Source: the human T2T-CHM13v2.0 reference genome, Homo sapiens | Length of the DNA: 64,000 nt | Reading direction: 5' to 3' (one strand) | Assembly: GCF_009914755.1 (NCBI RefSeq) | Contig: NC_060928.1 | In this document: piece after piece, positions 25,975 through 45,449 of the stretch | How the letters are laid out: each line of letters starts with the position of its first letter | How positions within the stretch are numbered: position 1 is the first letter of the stretch | The notes under the pieces: model-generated | What the model saw: only the letters and a program-made list of their open reading frames with translations | Databases searched by the model: none | Told to the model about the DNA's origin: nothing | Program-made: the position numbers and the translations under genes

Positions 25975-27419
25975 GGTAAACTCAGGTAACAGTGAGGAGG
26001 AAAGAGGAGGCAGGAAGACATGAAGAAGTTGGGCTCTGTGGGACCAGAGGCTTGGCTCAGACCCTAGTCCATGATCTTTTCCAATGTTTATCTTCTAAAT
26101 TTAGCTTTACTCATCAGCACTTTCCAGGTAGCTCCTAGGTATTGCAAAAGCCACATAAAGGTATACAGACATAGTAATCTTGCTAGTCAATTAGCATAAT
26201 AACTCAACAAAGATTTATAAATAAATATATCTGTGATGTCATCTATCATAGATATAGTGAAAAAGATAATTTGGTCATCCAGATACTCCTCTTAAAAACA
26301 GCTTTGCCATAATTATCTGAAAATTATTAATAATAGATTCATCCATTGAGTAGTGTTTGGGTTCTTTTTCATTTGTTTGAACCATTCAAATAAAAGCCTT
26401 AATGTTTTACTATCTTTCTGCAAGTGTAAATCTGGCCTGAATTTTAGGCCAGACTTTGGGAAAACATGTATATATGATACTAATTTATTAATTATGTAAA
26501 TGATAAGCAGATTAGTAATAAAGTAGCCACACTGGTAAAATGATAATAGAGAAGTCATTTTTTCCTGATGTTTATCACACCAGAAATTTTTTATCTGCTA
26601 CATGTAATAAAGGGCCACCATACTAAAACAAACTAAAAAAAAGAAATCCTCTTACAGTAAATTAGCCTTTTAACATAGAAAAAAATCCACAATTACTGAA
26701 CAATAATCTAAATTGTCCTTCAAAGAGACACCTTGCCGTTAAGTCTAATTCTGAATTAAAGCTGATTACACTTTTCAAGACAAAGAAAGAAGGTTTTGGT
26801 AAACATGCCATAATTTGTTACAGCTGAAAGCATCACTTGATCTTTTTAGAAAAAAAAAAAAAAAAGAAGAAGAAGAATGAAAGGTGCTATTAGGTAAACT
26901 CAGGTAACAGTGAAGAGGAAAGAGGAGGCAGGAGGATATGTTTCTAGAGAATTTTGCTCTTTCACTCAATGAAGCAATGTAAATCTTTATCTGTGAGGGT
27001 TCCCTGCCCCCCGCACCCCCGCACAGGAAAATTGTCAACTTTGCATGCCTCAGTATTTTGGCAGGTCACATTTTCCATAGACTAGACGAGTTTTACAAAC
27101 CATATGTAGGTATCTGGTGGCTGTTGTGAAATCCCACTTAACACAATTTAGTATTTTGGATCTATTTATAGAAGTTCTGCTATGTGAACATTTTTAGCCT
27201 GTACAATGTCAGCCTGGTAATTTTCATGCAAGTAAGAAAACAATTTGTTCTAGCCTCCAAAATGGTACTGACATCAAAAATGTCCTTCATATTGGGGAGC
27301 TTATGACTGAAGAATTTCCACAAAATCAGTAAAAATGGTAGCAATAGCACTTAAGTGGCAGTGCCAGTGAGACAGCAGTAACTCATGGCCAAGATAGCAG
27401 AGGCAGAAGTCATTGTTGA

Positions 27420-27810
<391 letters not shown>

Positions 27811-28085
27811 TGTAGATGAAGGTTCTGCCAGTCTCAGAGAATCTGGGTTGTTGTTGTGGTTGTTGGTTGATTTGTTTGCTTTAATGACAATTACATTACA
27901 GACCCCAAGTTGTTTTTCCAGTGCCATCTCCCACTATTCTCTGATATTTTAATCGAACTGGCCTATATACTATTCCCCGGATTTCTTCACTGCCCTTGCC
28001 TACATCACAGAGAAAGGTCTCAGGAGACTGCTGTCTAAGAAAGTTAACAGAAATTTGGAGAAAGCAAGAGTATAATATTTTATCA

Positions 28086-28556
<471 letters not shown>

Positions 28557-28838
28557 TTAATATATTTGGTATCTATCAATGGGCAGGCCCAGGGGAGCAC
28601 AAACTACTATCAGTATTTATGGACCACACATAAGCATCCTTAAGGATTCTGGAAATGAGAGAGGTCTAAAGGTCATCTTGGAATTCATTTTAAAGCCAAC
28701 ACATAATGAATCAGAGAAGTCCAGAATCACCAAAAAGAGACAGAATGGCTCCCAATCCTACATGACTTGTCAGGAATGGATAATATGTGCCATTGTATCT
28801 AAAAAGATATGCATGTCCATCAGAATGCGAATGGTTAG

Positions 28839-30400
<1,562 letters not shown>

Positions 30401-31728
30401 CGATGCGTCTCCAAATTTCTGCTCACCAGGCAACCTTCTTAGTTAATATGGCTTTTTATAAAGGTCTATGTACAGGCATGAACTGATTATACAGACTTCA
30501 TATATTCCAATTCCTATAATCATTATAGTTCTCATTATAAAGTAATAAATTGGCATTCTGGTTTATACACCATTATTACAAGTTTGGATAATGCCAGTCC
30601 AGTTCTAAGGAGTGGATCTCTTCTTAGTATGTTGACAACATTGGATTCCAGAGCCTGTAAGGCTATGCTAAGGCTGAAATTTAATGGTTGTAAATTTCAC
30701 CATCATGGCCATTTGTTGAAGGTCTCAGCCTTAGCTTTACAGGAGTAATGTATGCTCCTAGGAAGTTTCTTAAAGGACTGTTGCTGGACTTTGTGACATG
30801 ACAATACCTTTCTTCATGAAACATTTTGATTTCTACAAAGATTAGATCTTTTTTACTATTAGCTTCTAAACCAAAAAAGTCTGCCTCCTTAGCAATTTCC
30901 ATTTTCCATTCACTTGCTCATTCCACAATTATTTTTAGTGCCAATTATATGCAAAGCAACGTGGTAGGTCCTGTGAATGCAGCAAACAATACAGGCACAG
31001 TCTCTGCCTTCAGGTTGTTTATTGCCTAATCTAGCTTAGAATTTGAGGCAAGTTGAATTTCTCCTAACAGGTTTTGAGAGGAGAATGAGAATAAAGGGAA
31101 GAGAAAAGAAAGGGAAAAAGTGATTTGTGGGCATTTTTCCACAGGAGGAATGAAGAAAAAGGGAGTAGAGAAGAAACAGAACCTTGAGTTTATTAAAAAA
31201 TAACCCAGAGATAGATTTCATGAATACTTATTAATATATTAATCATGACAGCAATATCTTCCTTCTCACATCACACCAGAAAAAAAAAGGAAGTGCATTG
31301 TGACATGAATAACCCAAATCAAGGTGGACTTGTCTAAAGAGCAACTAGCGTCAGCAACAACCAAAGTACTATATGATTATGAGTCTTCTGACATGTCCAT
31401 GGAGTTCATTGTCTCATCACCTTAACAATCAATCCACAAATACATATGAGATTACAAATGCAATTTGCATTAACTGGTAGATTAAATTGGGCCTCAGCAT
31501 GCTTAATTAACCAAAACACTGCTAAGCTTTTGGTTAAACTTTCCTAAATTTTTGAATTTTCCTAAAAGCAAAATCAGATTTTTTTACAAGCCTTGTTTTT
31601 CCTCTGTGACAGGAACAAGTTTGGCATGTTCAAAGAAAAGCAGTAAAAGAGGGAGAGTTATAAGGATGAGGTCAGAGAGGTGGGTCAAAACATTAGGGCC
31701 TTGTAAACATGGGTAAAGACTGGGTGTG

Positions 31729-32182
31729 AGCTGAGTACAGTGGTTCAGGCCTGTAATCCCAGCATTTTGGGAGGACAAGGCAGGAGGAATGCTTGAGCCC
31801 AGGAGTTTGAGACCAGTGTGGACAACAAAGTGAGACCCTGTCTCTACAAAAAATAGAAAAAATTATCCAGATGTGGTGATGTGTGCCTGTGGGCCCAGAC
31901 ACTCAGGAAGGTGGGATGAGAGGATCATTTGAGCCCTACGTGGTTGAGGATAAAGTGAGCTATGATGAGGCCATTGCATTCCAGCCTGAGAGACAGAGCA
32001 CAATCCTGTCTCAAAAAGAAAGAGAAAAAAAGAAAGAAAGAAGGAGAAGGGGGAGAGAGAGAGAGGGAGGGAGGGAGGAAGGAAGGAAGGAAGGAAGGAA
32101 TGAATTAAGGAAAAGACAGAAGAGAAAGGAAGAAGGAAAGAAAGAAAGAAAAGGAAGGAAAAGAAAGAAAAGAAGAGAAAGG
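31729..32182 (+). mobile_element. AluJ with expanded purine-rich (GAAA/GGAA)n tail
   Basis: Alu to about 32020, then simple repeat. Confidence 0.93.
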
Positions 32183-32360
32183 CTTTAGAAGGAGTGACCA
32201 GTGAAGTAGAAAAAGCAAGAGTGGAGACCCTGGAAGCCAAGTAAAGATACATTTAAGGAGGGAATGAATGATTGTCAAATTAAATGCTGTTAAGAGGCCA
32301 AGCCAGATGAGAAATGACAAGCAACTGCTGGATTTAGCAAGATAGAGGTCACCAGTGGAA

Positions 32361-32485
32361 TTTTTTTTTTTTTTTTTAGAGACGGTCTTGTTATGTTGCC
32401 GAGGCTGAGCCTCGAACTCCTGGGCTCAAGCAATCCTCTCATACTCAAGTAGCTAAGATGATAGGCATGAGCCATTGTGTCCAGC
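32361..32485 (-). mobile_element. FLAM-type Alu monomer
   Basis: Single arm with poly(T). Confidence 0.85.
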
Positions 32486-32777
32486 TTGCTGTTGAATCTG
32501 GACAAGAGTAGGCTTGGAGAAACAGTCCATTCCAGCTTTCTAGGGTAATGCTGGAATGGAGTAGTTAGGATGCTGTAATACTGGAAAAGAAGTGAATCAA
32601 GTTGAAAATGCAAGGTGACAAAGTAAAGACAGTAAAAATAGACATTTTGAATGGACTATTTCTATAAAAGGAGTAGGAAAACATGCCACATTTGAAGAAA
32701 GTTGTGCCACATAGTTGAAAAAAAGATGAGGACACTAGAGAGAATTTATATCCTGCTGTATCATATGTCATGCTGTA

Positions 32778-32952
32778 TGCTATATGGATATCCTGCATAG
32801 TGAAGTCTGGGCTTTTAGTGTAACCATCACCCAAACAGTGTACACTGTACACATTACGTAATTTTTCATCCCCCATTCCCTCCCACTCTTTCACCCTTCT
32901 GAGTCTCCATTGTCTATTATTTCACTCTCTATGTCCACGTGAACACATTATT
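32778..32952 (-). mobile_element. L1MA 3'UTR piece, local copy of 34643-34816
   Basis: Near-identical to the L1 fragment 1865 bp downstream. Confidence 0.9.
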
Positions 32953-33143
32953 GATCATTAGAGTATAGGATTCTAGAAGTCAAGCTTTTTGTTCTTGCCC
33001 ATTAGGTCATGAACAATAAAAAAGAAAAATAAATAAATAAACAATATTTTGGGGGTGATACAGTGATATGGTAATAATAAATTCTCATTTATCAAGGTAT
33101 ATGACCATGATGGTGTTTTGTTGAAATGGAGTGGAGGAAACTA

Positions 33144-33547
<404 letters not shown>

Positions 33548-34191
33548 ATTAAGGAACTGAGAGGGTAGGGTGTTTACAAGGATTATTTTTTTATGGATGC
33601 CAAAGTCACCTATCATAGGAACATGGGATAGTGATGGACAGAGAGAGAGAAAACTAGATGCTAAAATCTCTGTTGAATAAGCAAGAGTTAGTAAGTGACT
33701 GGTAGATGACTCAATAAAGAAGAATAGTGGTCTGTTGACATGTGCTTCAAAAAAGTTAAGGGGTTTTGTTTATCTTGTTGCCTTTTGTTCTATTTTTAGG
33801 GAGGAGGAATCATAAAAATACCCAAAAGCACGACAAGAAACAAGGATATCACCTCTAGGTCCTATGAAAATGGGATGTAGGAGAAAACACAGTGACCACT
33901 GAGAGAGCTGAGAATGTAGTTTCTTCAAAGGTGAGTCAAACTTCAGTTAGAGAAAGAGGAACCATGAATTCCAAAGCACACAGTGGAAGAATTTGTTTGG
34001 TTGGGGAGGAGTGGGAAATTGGCTCAGATCCATGACAATACTAAACTGTCTGAATGATAATGAATGAAGCAGCTGGTTTGGACTTCTGTTTGCCCTGAAG
34101 TTTACGACATTTGGCATAATGGGATTAATTCTGGTGGTCACCTAAGGGAAGATGGGTATCAGTCTTCCTTTCTTAAAAAATTACAACATGT

Positions 34192-34556
<365 letters not shown>

Positions 34557-34596
34557 TTACATGGGTTTACAGCTATAAAAGACAAATGCAAGCATG

Positions 34597-35290
<694 letters not shown>

Positions 35291-35577
35291 TAATTCTAGC
35301 ATTTTGGGAGGCTGAAGCGAGGGGATCACTTGAGGCCAGGAGTTTGAGATCAGCATAGGCAACATAGGGAGAGACCCCATCTCTACAAAAACATTAAAAA
35401 ATTAGCCAGATATGGTTGCACACGCTTGCAGTCCCACCTACACCAGAGGCTGAGGTGGGAGGATTGCTTGAGTCGAGGATTTTGAGGCTGCAGTGTGCCA
35501 TGATCACGCCACTGTACTCTAGCCTGGGTGACAAAGCAAGACCCCGCCTCTAAAAAAAGAAAAAAATAGAAAAAAAT
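35291..35577 (+). mobile_element. AluJ lacking its first ~25 nt, abutting the previous Alu head-to-head
   Basis: Starts taattctagcattttgggagg. Confidence 0.93.
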
Positions 35578-37013
35578 AATTGTTATTATATTATTTTCTT
35601 TTTGGCAGTTGCAATATTAATTCCTAACGTAACTGTTAAAACACTTATTAACATTCACCTTTTATCTGGACATAGTTTAAAAATTCAAAGCAGCTCAAAG
35701 CAAATGAAATTAGCAACAGTTTAAAACAAAACCAAACCGAGTGAAAACTTACAGGCTGCTAAGTGTTTACCCAACAATGAACTGTGCTGGACTACAGTTC
35801 AAAGAATTGAAACTCATGTCCCAACAAGCTAAAAGCTATTAAAAGTATAACAGCCTTTTACCCACCCTCCAATACTCTTAACATAAATTAATGACACAGA
35901 ATGATGTTTGAAACAATGGGAGTTTTATTTTAACATTTCAAGTCCAAGGTGTTAATGTTTATTACTGGAGTTTGGAATGCCCAGATGGCTGCACTAGGAA
36001 ACTGATCAAACATCCGAGTCTTGTTAGAATGCTACATGCGGTTAATACATAGCCCCAGCTTTGTACCTGGTTTCTTAGCACTTAGTAGGAGAGAGAGGCA
36101 GGTGGCAGCCTTGCTAGCTGTGTGGCCTTCCCTTCTATCCTGCTGAAAGTGGTATGATAGTAGGGAGATGGCTGATTTTACCAGTGCAGGTGGTCCAAAC
36201 AATTTTAAAATACACTATTATTATAATGATTTTGAGTAAGTCTTAATGAAAGCTAAATTCAAAGTATAGTGGAAAGATAGATGACAAGATTTGATTAAAA
36301 GGATTTAAAAACCAGAACAGTTCCATAAAAGTTTGAAATAGATGGCTCTTTGTGCTCAATCTTTTCCATCTTTATAACTTCACCTATGTGCATTGTATAG
36401 TCATTACTCCCCTTGAGAAAAGCCTCCTTTCCAGATTTTTTTCCTCCTCTAGTCCTTTTCCAAAGCGGCTGCCAAAATCAACTTCCTCTGTTGCCATTCT
36501 GACAATGTCACTCCCTTCCTAAAATTCCCTTTAATGGCCTCTGTTGGTCTTTGTGTGAGAGGCAGACTTCTTGCACTGCCTTTAGGACAAACACACTATT
36601 TATTTATTTAAGGCTCAGATTTATTTAAGGCTCCTGCCTATTTTTACAAATCCACATGTCATTTCCCTCTGTATGTAGACTGATTACCTTTCAATGCCTT
36701 GACTTCTTTATGGTCATTAATGTTTAGATTGTAAATATTTTCTCCAGTTTTGGCGAATAAGAGGAGTTCCTTATTCTACTGCTATCTTCCTTGCTCATCT
36801 CTATCCCGGTGCAAATCTACACACACTAAAAACCTCTGGAGCTATTCTCCCGAAATTTGATTATTTTTGAAGAACTACACAAGAAATCATGCACTAAAAA
36901 TTTTTGCCTGATTAAAAACTAAACAACACCAAAAACAAAGTACTTTTAAAGGATAAAAATAATATTGTGGAATTTCCCTAAGGCATGAAAAGACCTTTCA
37001 AAATGAGTCACAC

Positions 37014-37323
<310 letters not shown>

Positions 37324-37691
37324 TCAGTCACAGGAAAAAATATCTAATGTTATGATCATGGGCAACTCCTAGGAAAAGGTTCTCCGGATTCCAAAACACA
37401 CTAATGCTGTGTTCGTTTTTTCATCTTTTTTTTTTTTCTTTTTAACCTAGAAAACCTGAATTCAAGACCCACCCTGGTTATTTGCAAATTGTGTGATTTT
37501 TGTCATTTAATCTCTTTGAGCATCAGCTTCTTGTTGGTAAAGAGGAAATAACAATATCTGTATGGGCTTTTTGGACAATTCAATGGCATTTGTAAAGTAA
37601 AAAGCACTGTACGAATACAAGAGATTATTATTACTTCCTTCAAGTGTTTTCTTTTGATTGTGAACTTTCCCAGGATTTCCCTTCTCATACA

Positions 37692-37987
37692 TTTTTATTT
37701 TTTAGAGACAAAGTCTCACTCAAAGGCTGGAGTGCAGTAATGCTGTAATAGCTCCCTGCAGCCTCAAATCCATGGGCTCAAGCGATCCTCCTGCCTCAGC
37801 CCCTAGAGGAGCTAGGACTGCAGGTGTGCACCACCATGCCTGGCTAATTTTTTATTTTTTATTTTATACAGGTGGGAGTCTCACTATGTTGTCCAGGCTG
37901 GTCTCCCACTCCTGGCTTCAAGTAGTCCTCTTGCCTCGGCCTCCCAAAGTCCTGGAATTAGAGGCAGGAGCCACCCCACCTGCCCCC
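37692..37987 (-). mobile_element. Alu (J lineage)
   Basis: Reverse Alu; TSD-like acattttta. Confidence 0.92.
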
Positions 37988-38309
37988 ACACATTTTTATC
38001 TGGGTGTAAATCTAGTAGTGCTGTTACAGACCTACCATCTAAATGGGAAGTTGTGCTAAAGCTGTCTGAGATACTGATATTATTGCTAACATTTTTTTCT
38101 CTCAATCGTTATTGTATTTTACAGGAAACCAGACATACTAATTTCATTTTTTCATTATCATTTAAAAAATATAGAAAGCTTATAGGAGAAAATAAAATAT
38201 ATTCGTAACTTCACCATCTGCCACCCCACCACTCCCCAAAAAAACCCAACTATTAAAATTTTGGTGTATTTTTTTTCATATTTTTTCCAGGCACCTTAAA
38301 TGAATTATC

Positions 38310-38490
38310 TAACTTATTCTTCAAAACAACCTTGTGACCTAGGTGCTATTACCATGTTCTACTTTTCACAGAAGAAAAAAAATCAGTTCAGAGACATGAA
38401 CTTTCTGAAAGTCATATAGGTCAGGTGATCAGGTTAGGAATTGAGTCCTGGCCACCTGATGCTAGAGTCCTTACTGTTAAGCACTTGGTT
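38310..38490 (-). mobile_element. MIR
   Basis: caaccttgtgacctaggtgctatta..ttttcacagaagaaaaaa..gttcagaga. Confidence 0.6.
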
Positions 38491-39056
38491 CTTTTACCTT
38501 TATTCTATCTACAATGCTGTAATTCCATTGTGCCACTTGTGCACCACTTTTTCATTTACCATAAATAGTGATCATTTTACTATGCTATTACATACTCATT
38601 TAAAACATGAATTTTAATAGTCTTCGTTGCATGGATGTCATTATTTATTTAATTACTCCCCTGTTATGAGATACTTATTTCCATTTTTTCACTGTCATAT
38701 TCACTTTTAAAGTGATAATCATATATATATGTTCAATATAAAAAAAGTTTAAATAAGAAAATATATAGAAAGCAAAAATCCCCTGTATGCCATTCTCCAA
38801 AGAGAAACTCCATCCTCTTTCTCTCTCTCTCTATTTTTGAGTTGAACACGCATAACAGTTTAGTATATATTCTTCCAGGATTATTATTTTTATTTTATTT
38901 AATTAAAAAATGTTTTTACCTTAATTTTTTTGGGTGCATACTAGGTACAATTTTTATTTTCTTTTTTGACAAAAAAAATGAATTCATCTGTATGTGTCTT
39001 GCATCTTGCCTTTTTGGCTTTGCTGTATTTCATAGACACCTTTTCATGTTGGTCCA

Positions 39057-39520
39057 TGTATTAATCAGGACTCTTTATAGCAAAAATTAGATGTCAGTTC
39101 AAACTACACTAGATTAAAAAAGGATTCCTTTTCTGCAAAGTCCAGAGGTATATCTGTACCCCATGTGCAGCGGGATCCAACTATTCTAAAGATAGCGTCA
39201 AGAAACCTCTCTCTTCCATTCTGGTCTCTGCTTTCCTCTGTAGTGACTTCCTTCCCAGGCAGGCACCAACAGTTGAGCAATCCCAGTGGAAGCAGTACGC
39301 CTTTTGCCAATACTTTCAGCTCAAATCTCAGCGTGGACGAGAGCCTAGCTTGAGTCGTGAGCCCATAGCTAGAACTAAGTGGTGGAATCAGCCTCAACAT
39401 CACCACACTAACTGAAAGTGAGGAATGCTTTGTTATCTAAAAGAAAATCAAGGCATTGCTACCAAAAGAAGGAAGAGAGCTGTCTGGGAAGCTGCAACAA
39501 CAAGCATTTGCTATGGTACA
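39057..39520 (-). mobile_element. MLT1J/K-like LTR
   Basis: tgtattaatcaggactcttt..gttcaaactacactagattaaaaaagg..gctaccaaaagaagg. Confidence 0.6.
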
Positions 39521-39650
39521 TAACGATCTGCTTATGATGTGAGCTAGTTGTTTTTGGCAATTGGATTATAGTTTAGTTCAACTATTCTTTTTAGAATAGT
39601 TGCCCTATTGCCCAAGCTGGAGTACAGTGGTGTGATTGCAGCCCACTGCA

Positions 39651-40050
39651 AATAAATATGGAGGAAGTGACAGCGTGTGACCTCTGACACTAGGTCATAA
39701 GGGCATTGCAGCTTCCTCCTCTCTTTCTCAAATCAGTCACTCTGCAGAAGCCTGATACCTGATCATGAGGACACTCAACCAGCACTAAGGAGATGAACTG
39801 AGGCCTCTGCTAGCAATCATGTCAGTAAGCTACCTTGGAAGTGGATACTGCAGCCCCAAGAGAGCCTTCAGATGACTGTAACCCCAGCCTACCTCTTAAT
39901 CACAGCCTGGTAAGAGACCCTGAGCCGAACCACACAGCTAACCCACTCCCAAATTTCTGAGCCACAAAAACTGCGAGATAATAAATGTATGTTGTTTTGA
40001 GCTGCTAAATCTTGGAATATTTTATTACACAGCAATGGATAACTAATACA
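39651..40050 (+). mobile_element. MLT1F-like LTR, preceded by a short reverse Alu fragment (39590-39650)
   Basis: ggaagtgacagcgtgtgac..ccttcagatgactg..gataactaataca. Confidence 0.85.
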
Positions 40051-40140
40051 GGGACTATACAGATGGTAAGCAATTTGAATCCTTTTTTGGTCAATTCTAT
40101 AACTTACTTTGGATAAATGTGAAAAAAGACATAAGATTTT

Positions 40141-40279
40141 TGGTGTGGTAAAAATCCCAGCTACTCAGGGGAGGATCACTTGAGCCTGGGAGTTCAAGAC
40201 TGCAGTGAGCTGTGATTGGGCCATTGTACTCCAGCCTGGGTGACAGAGCAAGACCCCCATCTCTTAAAAAAAAAAAAAA
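40141..40279 (+). mobile_element. Alu right-arm fragment
   Basis: cccagctactcagg..A tail. Confidence 0.88.
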
Positions 40280-40532
40280 TTATCAGAAATCTCTCTTGTC
40301 CCTTTTACGCAAATTTTCCTTTGTATTCTATATTCCAGTTAACAGTTGTTTAGAAAAAAAATTTTTTAATGCTGAGCAATTTTATTTTTGTATTTTAGGG
40401 GTATATGAATTATACAGTTATATGCTGGCTTTATAAATTAATGATCTCTAGAAAAGATAATATTCATACTCTGTTTTCTAAAATTAAAGCCATCTCAATT
40501 TTCTTCATTCAGTTTCATGTCCGGCTTCTTTA

Positions 40533-40893
<361 letters not shown>

Positions 40894-41186
40894 CTAGTTT
40901 TTTGCTTTGATTAAAACACCTTTTTGGACAACTTTGGAAAAGGACTTTCCATTTTGTTAGTTTTCATTCTTTTCCAAAATCACTTTTATGATTTTTTTTT
41001 CTTTTTCTCTTTTCTACTCAGGAACACTCTACCTTTTTCTTGAAATTTATAAAGAATGTTTAAAACTCATTTCAAATTCTGGATTTTTAAAATTAGACCA
41101 CAGATACACAGAATAAGATTGATTTGGCTCATCACACTGTGGTTGATAGCACAGAATTATCACTGCCCTTGCCCTTTTAAATTAAC

Positions 41187-41762
<576 letters not shown>

Positions 41763-41828
41763 GTGCTTATGAATTTGTTTAAAATGCAGGTTCTGATTGA
41801 GCAGGTCTGAGTGGGAGCTCAGGAGCAG

Positions 41829-41915
41829 TTCAGGTTTATAGTGAGCTACGATTGAGCCACTGCACTCCAGCCTGGGTGAAGAGCAAGATCCTGTCTCAAA
41901 AAGAAAAAAAAAAAA
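41829..41915 (+). mobile_element. Alu right-arm 3' fragment
   Basis: agtgagctacgattgagccactgcactccagcctggg..A tail. Confidence 0.88.
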
Positions 41916-41939
41916 ATCTGAGAGGCACTAATCTAGAGC

Positions 41940-42160
41940 ATGGACTAGATCTAAATCCTGGATCTACTACTTATTAGCAATATGAACTTCAGTAAATTAC
42001 ATGCCGCCCTTGTATCTCAACTTCCTCATCTATAGAGTGAGGATAATAGTACCAAGTATCTATCAGGTTGTTATAAGGATTCATATTATATTGCTCTAAA
42101 GTGTTTAGAACAGTACCTGACTCATACTAAGTGTGTAATAAATGTTAGGCATTAATATTA
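41940..42160 (+). mobile_element. MIR
   Basis: aaatcctggatctactactta..ttcctcatctatagagtgaggataatagtac..tttagaacagtacctga. Confidence 0.8.
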
Positions 42161-42227
42161 ATTCCCTTTCTTTCTTGCCTTTTTTTAAAAGTATGTTTCT
42201 TGATCTCTTCTTTCCATCATTTTAATC

Positions 42228-42400
42228 ACTGGTTTCCGGTTGCAGGCTGGCCCAAGCAAAATCAACTGAGAGCACTTAAAAATTTAGATTCCTTCTTCTC
42301 ATCTCTGATGATTCTGCTTCAGTAGATTTGGGGAGGGGCTCCAGAGAATCTGTATTTTTAAAAACTTCCCAAGGTGATTTGATGCTCAAAGCCACTGCTT
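42228..42400. mobile_element. MER5-like DNA transposon fragment
   Basis: attctgcttcagtagatttggggagggg..gaatctgtatttttaaaaacttcccaaggtgatt. Confidence 0.65.
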
Positions 42401-42693
42401 CAAACGTGGGTGTTTCCCAGGGTTCATTTCACTCTTTTGCTACTATGACATCAACTTCATCTATGGCCTGATGTCTCTAGACCGGATGTTTTCCTGAGCC
42501 CCAGATCGGCACTGTCACTTTGTATCAGAATAATTTTACATGTATCATTTTATTTAGTTCTCAAAATAAGAGGTGGATACTATTAAAATACTATTTTTAT
42601 AAACAAGGGGACCTAAGCATACTCAGTGTCATAGAGCTAGTAACTCCAGACAAATACATCCAACTGTTCACTACAGCTCTCCACTTGGGTATT

Positions 42694-43374
42694 CTGCTAT
42701 GTTTTGTGTATACTCTCTCCAAAACCCAGATGTTGCAAATGTGATGATATTAAGACATGGGGCTAGCCAAGTACAGTGGCTCAAGCCCATAAGCCCAGCA
42801 CTTTGGGAGGCCAAGGCAGGAGGATCACTTGAGCCCAGGAGTTCAAGACCAGACTGGACCAGGTGGTGAAACCTCATCTCTACAAAAAATACAAAAAAAT
42901 TAGCTGGGTGTGGTGGCATGCATCTGTAATCCCAGCTACTCAGGAAGCTGAGGTGGTTCAACTACCTGAGCCTGAGAGTCTGAGGCTACAGTGAATGGTG
43001 ATTGCACCACTGCACTCCAGCCTGGGTGACAGGGTGAGACCTTATTTCCAAAAAACAAAAAACAAAGAAAAAAAAAAGGAAAAAGATGGTGCCTCAAGGG
43101 ATAATCCCCTGAGGGCTGCTCCCTTATTAATGGGATTAAGGACCTTACAGAAGAGGCATTGCAGCATTTGGCTGGCTTGCCCTAACCCATTCCTCCACAT
43201 GAAAACATAGTGTTCCTCCCCTCTGAAGAATGCAGCCCTCACCGTACACTTGAACCTGCTGGTGCATTGATCTTGGACTTCCCAGCCTCCAGAACTATAT
43301 GATATAAATTTCTGTTTTTGGTAAATTACCCAGCCTGTGGTATTCTATTATAGCAGCACAAAGAAACTAAGACA
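42694..43374 (+). mobile_element. MSTC/MSTD-like MaLR LTR split by an Alu
   Basis: tgctatg..; cttggacttcccagcctccagaact..aactaagaca. Confidence 0.82.
42766..43084 (+). mobile_element. Alu (J lineage)
   Basis: Dimeric Alu. Confidence 0.93.
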
Positions 43375-43772
43375 ATTGTAAACTCAGCACATCCAGCACT
43401 CAGCTGATATACTTCTCTCCCTCAATCAAAATTTTCTCCCTCTAGTATTCTCTATGGCAGTCAGGGGTTCTACCACCCAGTACTGTTACCAAACCTGAGA
43501 GTCATTCTTGTCCTCTTCCTCTTTAACAACCCTCCTTAGTTGGTAACCACGTCCTTTTGATTATATGTTTTTATGATTTCTTAAATCTGTTCACCTGTAT
43601 TCATCACCACTTCAACCATCTTAGTTCAAGCCTTCATTTTTTTCCTTGTATTACTAAAACAGCCTTAGTTAATATAGCTGTTTTCCTTTCCTTTAATTTA
43701 ATCTGTTACCTACACAGCTCATAGTGATTTTTCTACAATTCAAACCTTATTTTATTTCCATTTCCTTGTTTA

Positions 43773-44138
<366 letters not shown>

Positions 44139-44489
44139 GTTAAAATGTAAAATCCTAACTATGACATTTGAGGCCCTTCATGATACGGCCTCTGTCTACC
44201 TTATCAGCTCTTATCACCTTCTCTCTGCCACTTTATTCTCTAGCTATTACTAATAACATTTGTAGGATGCCCAAGCACCCCACTCTTTCACCTGTTGGTG
44301 CATATGCTGCACTTTCTGCCCTAAGCACCCATTCCTTTGTTCTTCCCTTGGCTAACTAATTGTGGTCCCTCAAAATCACCTTTCCCAGAAAGTTTGCCCT
44401 GCTATGTTTTCCTCTAATAACCTAGGCTCCCTTTAATCACAGTAGTGACTTATTGCATTATATGTTGCAGACTTAAGTACTTAACTATA

Positions 44490-44710
44490 TGAGTTCCAAA
44501 ATCAGACCGTATGGATTTGAATCCTAGTATCACTGGTTACTAGCTCTGTGACATTGAGTGTGCTTCTTAATTTCAGTGCTTTGGTCCCCTTGTTTGTAAA
44601 ATATTATTTAATAGTATCCACCTCTTATTTTGAGAACTAAATGAAATGATACATGTAACATTCTTAGAACAGTGCCTGGTGCTTGCGAAATATTAGATAT
44701 TATTATTATC
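44490..44710 (+). mobile_element. MIR
   Basis: gatttgaatcctag..actagctctgtgacattgag..tgtaaaat..cttagaacagtgcctgg. Confidence 0.8.
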
Positions 44711-44793
44711 TCTGCCAAAAAAATCTAGATTTTTAGGAGCAGAGTGCGTTAGCTTTTTAGGAACTCGGTGTGTGTGTGTGTTTAAGAGATGAG

Positions 44794-45160
<367 letters not shown>

Positions 45161-45449
45161 TCACCAATGACTACAATTTATTTATTTATTTAGTCTTTTA
45201 GGAAATATTAGTTGAGCACCTGAGCGTCAGGCACTGTTCTAGGCACTAGGGATGCATCAGGGAAAAAAATTAAAATCCTGCCTCATGGTGCTTACCTAGA
45301 GAGAGACAAGGAATAAGTAAAACAAGAGGTTAGACTGTAGTAAGTGCTACCGAAGTGGAGGAAAAAAAGGCAGGAAATAGAAGGGGGATAGGAAATGTCT
45401 GCAGTGGGTAGTGATTGAGGATGGGAGAAAAAGAAGAGAGGAGTTGCAA

